A DNA stretch of 64,000 nucleotides, taken from contig DATKGN010000004.1 of assembly GCA_035510735.1 (NCBI GenBank), forward strand, positions 243,810 through 307,809, written 5' to 3'. Position numbers and translations under genes: made by a program. Origin of the DNA: Patescibacteria group bacterium. Its GTDB lineage: Bacteria > Patescibacteriota > Microgenomatia > UBA10105 > UBA927. Of this stretch, positions 56,619-64,000 are shown piece by piece. Each line of letters opens with the position of its first letter. Position 1 is the stretch's first letter. The notes under the pieces were generated by a model. That model was not told the origin of the DNA. It was given only the letters and a program-made list of their open reading frames with translations, and made no database searches.

Positions 56619-58469
56619 TCATAGTAACATGTCATCGTCATTGAAGCCACGATCGGCATTCAGCGATACGTTGAGCTCTAATACGTGGGCCGGAATATCC
56701 GCGATAAACCGGGAAATCATATTTTGCGTCCGCGTACCGAAAAATAATCTGCGGTTTGCATACGTAAGGTATAATTTTTCTTTCGCGCGGGTTAAGCCGA
56801 CGTAACACAGGCGCCGTTCTTCCTCGAGTTCCTCCTTATCCATGAGCGTCCGGCTGTGGGGGAATAGCCCCTCTTCCATGCCGACGATAAACACGATATC
56901 AAATTCAAGGCCCTTGGCTGCATGGAGCGTCATAAGCGTGACGGCGTCGCGGTTTTCTTCGCGCAGGCGGACGTTTTTGGGTTCATACTCCTGTTCGACG
57001 AGTGCGACGGTTTCCAAAAAATCCCGTAACACAGGAAATTCAGTTGCGACCGAACGGAGTTCCTTAATATTCTCGAGTCTGTATGCTTCTTCCTCGACAT
57101 TGGCGTCATACAGCTCCAGATATTGTGTCGCTGCCAAAATTTGATCAAGAAGTTCAAGCGTTGTGAGGTTGACGAGCTTGTTATCGTGTGCAATTGTTTC
57201 AAAAAACTCGAGGAATTTTGTGAGCCGTCCTTTTCCCAATTTTTCAATACGGTTGTAGGAAACAGAATCCTTGGGATTTGCGACACAGCGAAGATAGGCT
57301 AATACGTCCTTGATTTCCTTTCGTTCATAAAACCGGGTGCCTCCGACCAGGTGGTAGGGAATTCCTGCATGTAAAAATGCCTCCTCCAACACGCGGGACT
57401 GCGCATTGGTTCTGTATAAAACGGCAAAATCGTGAAACGGCCGACCTCCGGCCTGCAAAATCGTCTGGACGAGAAATGACGCTTCATCGTGCTCGGTGCG
57501 CGCTTCATAGAGTGTGATCTGTTCGCCGCCGGTTTTTTCCGTCCAGAGTTTTAATATTGTGTGCGACGTATTTTTGGATATAACGCCATGGGCGGCATCA
57601 AGAATTTTTTGTGTTGAGCGGTAGTTTTGTTCCAGGTGAAATTCATGAGATTGTGGGTAGTCGCGTTTAAAGTTCGTAATATTGCGGAAATCAGCCCCGC
57701 GCCAGCGGTAAATACTCTGCGAGGCATCACCGACAACGCAGATGTTGTGATAGCGGCCTGATAAATATTTTGTTAACAGATATTGCGCCTTGTTCGTATC
57801 CTGGTATTCGTCCACCATAACGTAATGATATTTTTCCTGATAATATCCCAATACTTCTTTGTTTTTTTGAAAGAGCTCAACGGTTTTTGACAGGAGGTCA
57901 TCAAAATCCAATGCTTCGTTATTCTTTAACAATTTTTGATAGGCCAGATAGATTTGCGCAACGGCCTCCTGGAAATATCCGCGCGCGTACTGCGGATATT
58001 CGGTGGCTGATATAAGCTCATTTTTTGCTTCACCGATGGTGTGAAGGACCGCATTGGGATTAAAACTTTTTGTGGATAAATCGAGCGACTTCATCACCTC
58101 TTTGATTGCATCAACCTGATCCTGTTCATCGTAAATAGCAAAATTCGGCGCGATACCGATGCGCACTCCATCGCGGCGCAGAATCTTGACGCACAATGCA
58201 TGGAACGTTCCGGCAAAAGGCATATCAGTCGATCTTCCGAGGAGTTTCCGGATCCTGTCTTTCATCTCGTTGGCCGCTTTATTGGTAAACGTGACCATGA
58301 GGATTTCATGAGGGGACACGTGTTTTTCGCCGATTAAATAGGCGACTTTATAGGTTAAGACTCTCGTCTTTCCGCTCCCCGCCCCCGCGAGGATGAGAAT
58401 AGGCCCATCGCAAAGTTTCACAGCTTCAATTTGGTCCTTGTTTAAGTCGTTGAGTAAGCTCTTTGCCAT
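56619..58469 (-). CDS. pcrA: ATP-dependent DNA helicase PcrA/UvrD
   Basis: AGAGSGKT, DEYQDTN, VGDASQSIY, NYRST, TLHAAKGLEF, EERRLCYV; start at MAKSLL. Confidence 0.95.
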   Translation of the reverse strand: MAKSLLNDLNKDQIEAVKLCDGPILILAGAGSGKTRVLTYKVAYLIGEKHVSPHEILMVTFTNKAANEMKDRIRKLLGRSTDMPFAGTFHALCVKILRRDGVRIGIAPNFAIYDEQDQVDAIKEVMKSLDLSTKSFNPNAVLHTIGEAKNELISATEYPQYARGYFQEAVAQIYLAYQKLLKNNEALDFDDLLSKTVELFQKNKEVLGYYQEKYHYVMVDEYQDTNKAQYLLTKYLSGRYHNICVVGDASQSIYRWRGADFRNITNFKRDYPQSHEFHLEQNYRSTQKILDAAHGVISKNTSHTILKLWTEKTGGEQITLYEARTEHDEASFLVQTILQAGGRPFHDFAVLYRTNAQSRVLEEAFLHAGIPYHLVGGTRFYERKEIKDVLAYLRCVANPKDSVSYNRIEKLGKGRLTKFLEFFETIAHDNKLVNLTTLELLDQILAATQYLELYDANVEEEAYRLENIKELRSVATEFPVLRDFLETVALVEQEYEPKNVRLREENRDAVTLMTLHAAKGLEFDIVFIVGMEEGLFPHSRTLMDKEELEEERRLCYVGLTRAKEKLYLTYANRRLFFGTRTQNMISRFIADIPAHVLELNVSLNADRGFNDDDMLL

Positions 58470-58487
58470 AGAGTATAATCTTATCAT
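58470..58487. promoter_or_regulatory. 18-bp divergent intergenic region with -10-like boxes on both strands
   Basis: TATAAT (+, 58474-79) and TAAGAT (-, 58478-83), each 8 nt from its ATG. Confidence 0.5.
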
Positions 58488-59174
58488 ATGAAAAATTTAT
58501 TTATTGCCGGTAATTGGAAGAGTAATAAAACGAACGCAGAATCACAAGTGTGGGTCAAAGATATCGCCAGCAAATTGAGTGATATATCGGCGGATTTGTC
58601 AAAAATTCCCGTCGTCGTATGCGTCCCATTTACGTCTCTCTCTGTTATTAATTATGCGTTGAAAGCAGGTAATGTACCCCTTGCGCTCGGTACTCAAAAC
58701 GTCTCAAAGTTCGACGAAGGTGCGTATACGGGGGAAGTTACCGCCAAGATGGTTAAAGAAGTCGCCGATTGGGTTATCATCGGACACTCCGAGCGGCGGA
58801 AATATTTTAACGAAACCGATGAAGATTTAGCGATCAAAGCGCAAAAGGCAAAGGGAACTGGTCTCCGCGTGATTTTCTGTGTTCCGGATGATAAAACACC
58901 GGTCCCCACTGGGGTTGACGTCGTCGGATATGAGCCCGTCTGGGCAATAGGTACCGGTAAAACCGATTCACCGGAAAATGCTGCCGCGGTTGTGACTTCC
59001 ATAAAGGCAAAAACGAAGGTCGCTACGGTGATCTATGGTGGGAGTGTGACCGGCGATAACGTGGACACATTTGTTTCCCAATCTGCAATTGACGGAGTGC
59101 TTCCCGGCGGTGCAAGTCTGGATCCTGAAAAATTTTCACATCTCATTCACGCAGCATTGGCCGCAACGAAGTGA
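58488..59174 (+). CDS. tpiA: triosephosphate isomerase (short form)
   Basis: AGNWK, GAYTGE, IGHSERR, YEPVWAIGTG, YGGSV, GGASL. Confidence 0.97.
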   Translation: MKNLFIAGNWKSNKTNAESQVWVKDIASKLSDISADLSKIPVVVCVPFTSLSVINYALKAGNVPLALGTQNVSKFDEGAYTGEVTAKMVKEVADWVIIGHSERRKYFNETDEDLAIKAQKAKGTGLRVIFCVPDDKTPVPTGVDVVGYEPVWAIGTGKTDSPENAAAVVTSIKAKTKVATVIYGGSVTGDNVDTFVSQSAIDGVLPGGASLDPEKFSHLIHAALAATK

Positions 59175-59190
59175 TGAGTGGTGTTCTTCT

Positions 59191-60231
59191 ATGCAGGCAA
59201 AGTTAAAACGGGTGTTTACGCCGGTAATCCGGAAAGTATTTTCTATCTTTCTGTTTGCTCTTGTTATCGCTTCCCTGTGTTTTATACTTCTTAGAGCCTT
59301 CCGTTTTATGGATACAACGGGTCTAACTCCCACTGTTGTATTCCGATTACTTGTCGATGATGGAGCTCCGCTTGCTTCATCCAATCATAGAACGAATATT
59401 CTCCTTATGGGCGTGGGCGGCGGTAATCACGATGGAGCCGATCTCACTGATACCATGATCGTTCTTTCCCTTGATACGAAAAATAAAAAAGCCGCACTTA
59501 TCTCCATACCCCGCGATATCTGGTCCGATACGCTTAAAGATAAGATAAATAGTGCGTACCATTATGGTGAGCAAAAGGAAAAGGGTGGAGGATTGGTATT
59601 ATCGCGGGTAATTGACGAAGATGTTATCGGAATGCCCATCCAATACAGCGTCCTTATTGATTTTTCCGGATTTAAGAATGTTATTGATTTAATGGGCGGT
59701 ATTACCGTGCATGTGAGTCAGACGTTCACCGATACTCAATATCCGATTCCCGGTAAAGAACATTATACCTGCCCCGGCGATCCGACGAATCAATGCGATT
59801 ATGAGACCGTACATTTCGATGCAGGTACACAGCGTATGGACGGGAATACAGCGCTTATCTACGTCCGGAGCCGTCACGCCGAGGGGTCGGAGGGGAGTGA
59901 CTTCGCCAGAAGCAGACGACAACAGGAAGTGCTTGTTGCGCTCCAGGATAAACTTGCCCACCCTCAAACGTGGGCCACATATCAGCGTCTCCTTGCATTG
60001 CCACAGGCATTAAAAACAGCAACGTCGACCGATATGAATATCGGCGAACTTCTTACGGTCGGTAAGCAGTTGTTGCATGTTAAACAATCGAATATAGAAA
60101 GGATTTCATTCGAATCTACACTCACCCAGCCGCCGGATTATTTATACGGGGGGCTTTTTGTGCTTGTACCTAAAGAAGATTGGGATAGTGTGCACACGTA
60201 TATACTACAAAAACTCGAGTTTGATCGATAG
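59191..60231 (+). CDS. LCP (LytR-CpsA-Psr) family protein
   Basis: NILLMG, LTDTMI, SIPRD, KINSAY, YVRSRH, SDFARSRRQQ. Confidence 0.92.
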   Translation: MQAKLKRVFTPVIRKVFSIFLFALVIASLCFILLRAFRFMDTTGLTPTVVFRLLVDDGAPLASSNHRTNILLMGVGGGNHDGADLTDTMIVLSLDTKNKKAALISIPRDIWSDTLKDKINSAYHYGEQKEKGGGLVLSRVIDEDVIGMPIQYSVLIDFSGFKNVIDLMGGITVHVSQTFTDTQYPIPGKEHYTCPGDPTNQCDYETVHFDAGTQRMDGNTALIYVRSRHAEGSEGSDFARSRRQQEVLVALQDKLAHPQTWATYQRLLALPQALKTATSTDMNIGELLTVGKQLLHVKQSNIERISFESTLTQPPDYLYGGLFVLVPKEDWDSVHTYILQKLEFDR

Positions 60232-60238
60232 TTTTGAA

Positions 60239-60303
60239 TATAGACCCATCTAATCAGATTTTTCACGTAAGAACGTTGTAAATCTGAGTAAGATGGGTTT
60301 ATA
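60239..60303. terminator. long imperfect hairpin between convergent genes
   Basis: tatagacccatct..tcagattt / aaatctga..agatgggtttata. Confidence 0.6.
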
Positions 60304-60328
60304 TCAGGACAACTTCGCTAGGATGTAT

Positions 60329-61003
60329 TTAGAGCGCCAATCCGATAAGAACGAGCATGAAGGCGCCGCCTACGACGGAAGCACCCAGGACTGAAGGACC
60401 GGAACCGGTTACCGGCGTTGTAGGAGTCGAAGCGGCCGCTACTTCACAGATACAGTTTGTCTTGTCCGTACAACTCGGGTTACGGCATGACCCTGAGATA
60501 CACACGAGTCCTGAACTACAATCCGAATTGAGCGAACAACCGCTGTTGCACGAAGAGAGAACCGGTGTCGGCGTTGGTGTTGCTGTTGCCGAGACACAGG
60601 TACAGCTTGATTGATCGGTACAGCTTGGGTTTCGGCATGAACTGCCTGAGCAGACTAATCCGCTTGAACAATCCGCATTGACGGTACAGGAGTTGTTGCA
60701 TCCGGCTAAAGGCGTCGGTGTCGGTGTATTGGTGGGCGTTTCGCTCGGTGTACCGGTGGGCGTTGGGGTATCGGTTGGTCCGGGAGTGCCCGTCGGAGTA
60801 CTTGTCGGTGTTGCAATGGCAAATGATAGGGTACACGCGGGTTCTGCCGCTTTTGGCGTGATTTGCGGGACGTTCGGCGCTATAGGAGAGGTTTTTGTCA
60901 ATTGCTGGCTCGTCACAAACGTAAGGACGGCAAGTCCGATCGTAATGATACCGACCAAGAATACGTACCAATTATTTTTCAAATGTTTCATAGTTAATGC
61001 CAT
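60329..61003 (-). CDS. surface protein with PT repeats, two Cys-rich repeats and C-terminal PVTG+TM
   Basis: 2x CN..C..N.DCSSGLVC..SCRNPSCTD...C.C. Confidence 0.8.
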   Translation of the reverse strand: MALTMKHLKNNWYVFLVGIITIGLAVLTFVTSQQLTKTSPIAPNVPQITPKAAEPACTLSFAIATPTSTPTGTPGPTDTPTPTGTPSETPTNTPTPTPLAGCNNSCTVNADCSSGLVCSGSSCRNPSCTDQSSCTCVSATATPTPTPVLSSCNSGCSLNSDCSSGLVCISGSCRNPSCTDKTNCICEVAAASTPTTPVTGSGPSVLGASVVGGAFMLVLIGLAL

Positions 61004-62370
61004 TGACCGTCAGACCCAAAAATTTCCGATTCGACGGTAAAGTTCGTCGTACCTACCGGAATCGTATAATCAAGTGTATATTCGCCTGCGCTATTTTGTA
61101 TTGCCGTTTCGGTAAACGCGCCGCCGTTGACACGGATATGCGCCTTTGTTGCATTGCCACCCGCAACTGCAATCGTCACGTCATCGCCCGGTTGAAGAGC
61201 AGCGAGCCCTGCCGCATCCAGCACGGTAGTTCCTTTATAGACCTTAATATTCGTACATTGAGAAGCAGGAGTAGGAGTGGGTGTGCTACCCCCTCCGCCG
61301 CCACCCCCTCCGCCGCCACCCCCTCCGCCGCCACCGTTAGAGGTCGTCACTGTACAACCAATGGTATTTTGACCGCCACTCGAGGCACATGTCGTATAGT
61401 GCCAATTAGCACAAGCGTCTGCATTTTGTCCCTGATCGCATCCTACTCCGGCTGGCACCCATGTTTGGCCAGGCCCGGGTGTAGGAATTACACCAGTCTT
61501 TGGATCTGGGGTTGGGAATACGATCGGTGGTAATTTACCGCTTGCATCAAGGTTTGCCTGAGGGTTAGAGACAACTTCAACCCCTGGATTAGCTATGGCA
61601 AATTTAAGTGCTGCTGTTTCTGTATCCGGCAATGCAATAATGAACCGCTGACCGTTTGAAATATAGGTGCCGGCGATCTGTACAGGATTAGAGCCTGTGG
61701 TAGCCTGCCACTGCTCTTTCGTGGCAACTGTAGTGGTACCGCTTATCGTTCCGTAAGTATTTACTGGTGCAGTTGCCGCCGCGGCCGCCGGAGCTGCTGT
61801 TGCCGGAGCTGCTGTTGCTGCTGCCGCAGCCTGCTGAGCGTTATAGTTATCATTTTTCGCCTCCTGGTTTGCGTTAATGTGTGCACAATATCCGTTTGAT
61901 TTATCACATGCAAAACCAAAAAGGGTAAGGGTATTTTTTATACCAATGACTGCAACGGGCAGAGTAACGAGCATAAACAAGAGAAGCGTGATAACCCCCA
62001 CGCGGGATTTCTTTTTTTTGATCGTCTCATGCGGCGGAGTTACCGGTTCTGCCGGCGGACTTTGCTTCGGATCCGAAGGCTTTGCTATTTTTATTTCCTC
62101 CTCAGGTGGAGGGACGATAAGAGAATCTGAAGGAGGCGACGCCATAAAGGGAGAGCCCGAAAGCGGTGTAGGCGTTGGAGGATCCTGCGTGTGGCTTGGG
62201 GTGGCAGAATCCGGCAGTGTTTGCGTCGGTTGTCCGGCAGGTGATGCACTTAAGGGAGAATTGGTCGACATCGGGTCTGGTGGCGGAGGCGCGACCGACG
62301 CCGGCGCAGATCCCTGCGAACCTGCTTTACTACTTGTATCTGCTTGTGCTGTGTCTAAAATGTCTGCCAT
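60994..62370 (-). CDS. low-complexity membrane-anchored surface protein
   Basis: Pro-rich N-terminus, TM after KKKKSR, Ala-rich and poly-Gly linkers, beta-rich C-terminus. Confidence 0.75.
   Translation of the reverse strand: MADILDTAQADTSSKAGSQGSAPASVAPPPPDPMSTNSPLSASPAGQPTQTLPDSATPSHTQDPPTPTPLSGSPFMASPPSDSLIVPPPEEEIKIAKPSDPKQSPPAEPVTPPHETIKKKKSRVGVITLLLFMLVTLPVAVIGIKNTLTLFGFACDKSNGYCAHINANQEAKNDNYNAQQAAAAATAAPATAAPAAAAATAPVNTYGTISGTTTVATKEQWQATTGSNPVQIAGTYISNGQRFIIALPDTETAALKFAIANPGVEVVSNPQANLDASGKLPPIVFPTPDPKTGVIPTPGPGQTWVPAGVGCDQGQNADACANWHYTTCASSGGQNTIGCTVTTSNGGGGGGGGGGGGGGGGSTPTPTPASQCTNIKVYKGTTVLDAAGLAALQPGDDVTIAVAGGNATKAHIRVNGGAFTETAIQNSAGEYTLDYTIPVGTTNFTVESEIFGSDGQWH
61291..61335. 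repeat. perfect 3x 15-bp tandem repeat encoding poly-Gly
   Basis: (ccctccgccgccacc)x3. Confidence 0.9.
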
Positions 62371-62447
62371 ACCATAAATTCACCAGAAATAATCAGGCCT
62401 AACTATACATTAGAATGGATGAGTGTGAGAAGTCAATAAATAAAATA

Positions 62448-63776
62448 TTAATGGGTCGCGATGAGAGAGCCGCTTGCAAAAAGGCTAACTCCGAGGAGTA
62501 TTAAAAGGATTGCCGGAAGCTCATTGCCGGTCACCGGTTGTGGCTGTCCTGACAGCGTTGATTCCGGAGTTGTCGTTGCAGCTATCGTACCGGTATCGGT
62601 TGGGATCATTGTAATAATGGGCGTGATTGTGGGTGCAAGTGTTGCCGATGGTGTAGCATCACCTAATACCTGAGTGCCGCTTTTGAATACTTCAAATGTG
62701 TGGGTGATTGCAACGGTTTTCCCTAATTGATTGACCGATGTTATGGTAACGCTTTGTTTACCCGGCGCTAACGCTTTTGGCGGGGTATAGCTCCACAGGC
62801 CGCTCTCATCCACTTTTGCTGAGCCGCTCATTATTTGTGTGATGCCGACGCTTACACCCACATATTTACCGGGAATACCCGTCCCCTGGATAAGGGGATG
62901 CGTGGTTGCAAGCCCGGTACCCTGACCGGGAGTGGTTAGGGAAACTATAAATGTCCTACTCGTCGTATCGCCAAGAACTGCGGCCGTCGGAAGGACTGGT
63001 GTCGGCCGAAGCGCAAGGGCTGTCGTGCCCTGGACTTTTGCCTGTTGACGGCGGAAATCATACGTTTTTCCCAAAAGCATTTCCGGCACCGGAGAATCAT
63101 TAAGCGTATCCGTTATTGCAGTTGACTCAAGACCCTCGGCTTCGACGGTAATATGCTCGGTCATGCGGTCAACTGTCGGTAAATAACTTGTGACATCCTG
63201 TGTCCGGATTTGATTGAGCGGAATCAGCCAAAGACCTGTTGATTTGGTGAGTGTTGATAATTCCTGACTTCCGTCGATGGTCAGGTATATGAGCGCTCCG
63301 TCTTCGGGTCTGTCGGTGGTGGCATGAACGGTGCCGTATGCAGGCTCAAGACCGGTTGTGTTGGGCGGTAATGTTGCCGCGGTTTGAAGTGGGTACGCCT
63401 GACCGTTGTTGTCATAGTACTTGCTATTGGATAAAAGTTTGATTGAATAATTCGTTTGAGACTTGGCGTCACGGACGGTAATACTGTGGGTTGTGTATGT
63501 GCCGAGTTTACCGGTTGTATCCCGCTGGTCGTAGTAAACTTGATTACTTTTCCCGGGCGCTGAAACCAGGATCGTCCCCGTTGTCGGTAATTGAGTGGTC
63601 CATGATACGGTAAACGTGGAATCGCTAACGTTCGACATGTGGACATTTGACGGAGCTTGCGACCCTGAAGCATTAGACGGAGCGAGAAATACGTTTTGGA
63701 ACACAATGATAGTGCCGATAATGAATATTATTAAAAATAATCCTATGATGGTTGGAATTTTTGTCGGCAATCTCAT
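62448..63776 (-). CDS. fibronectin-III / Ig-like surface protein with C-terminal PVTG+TM
   Basis: KIPTIIGL, SNVSDSTFTVSWTT (FN3), P.I.GT..PG..V and G.WSYTP (Ig-like). Confidence 0.8.
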   Translation of the reverse strand: MRLPTKIPTIIGLFLIIFIIGTIIVFQNVFLAPSNASGSQAPSNVHMSNVSDSTFTVSWTTQLPTTGTILVSAPGKSNQVYYDQRDTTGKLGTYTTHSITVRDAKSQTNYSIKLLSNSKYYDNNGQAYPLQTAATLPPNTTGLEPAYGTVHATTDRPEDGALIYLTIDGSQELSTLTKSTGLWLIPLNQIRTQDVTSYLPTVDRMTEHITVEAEGLESTAITDTLNDSPVPEMLLGKTYDFRRQQAKVQGTTALALRPTPVLPTAAVLGDTTSRTFIVSLTTPGQGTGLATTHPLIQGTGIPGKYVGVSVGITQIMSGSAKVDESGLWSYTPPKALAPGKQSVTITSVNQLGKTVAITHTFEVFKSGTQVLGDATPSATLAPTITPIITMIPTDTGTIAATTTPESTLSGQPQPVTGNELPAILLILLGVSLFASGSLIATH

Positions 63777-63834
63777 GATAAGTCCTTAACACTTCATTTT
63801 ATAAGTCATCTTGAGCGTATGTACAAGATGGAGT

Positions 63835-63999
63835 TTAATATACTTTTTTATTCGCAATCGCCGAGAGCGTATCAACATCAATTTTTGATGACAATGGTAT
63901 AATAATTTGTTGAGTTGTGGCTGAAACCGTCGTAGTTTTTACTGTTTTTAAGAGTTCAAACGTTATCCATAAGCAGACAGTAAAAAATGTAAATACGGA
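63835..63999 (-). CDS. partial small membrane protein, runs off the window end
   Basis: Open frame SVFTFFTVCLWITFELLK...PLSSKIDVDTLSAIANKKVY*. Confidence 0.55.
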   Translation of the reverse strand, partial: SVFTFFTVCLWITFELLKTVKTTTVSATTQQIIIPLSSKIDVDTLSAIANKKVY

Positions 64000-64000
64000 G

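Overview
Gene-dense 64 kb bacterial chromosome segment in standard genetic code. Gene content and style (class II RNR, short TpiA, type 1 Idi, VirD4/HerA-like ATPase, many GT-C and Pro/Thr-rich surface proteins, apparently leaderless genes) suggest Patescibacteria/CPR, probably Microgenomates; this is inference, not a database result. Housekeeping genes: nrdR-nrdJ, pduO, idi, tsaD, groES-groEL, tatD, metG, rmuC, two UvrD-family helicases, two FemABX-like genes, tpiA. The most striking signal is several families of tiny palindromic or short tandem repeats. They sit in frame inside conserved proteins (four inserts in TsaD, one in TatD, two in a UvrD helicase-nuclease), inside a cobalamin riboswitch, between genes, and nested in one another, with no transposase in the window. 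Other notable items: a tRNA-Ile with UAU anticodon; a riboswitch-controlled B12-salvage module; a xylB-xylA cassette flanked by a diverged, frameshifted duplicate of the pcrA 3' end (an integration scar); five tandem alpha/beta hydrolases; and an AT-rich accessory region after groEL that starts with a HEPN-motif protein. All calls come from reading the sequence and recalled motifs; no searches were run.
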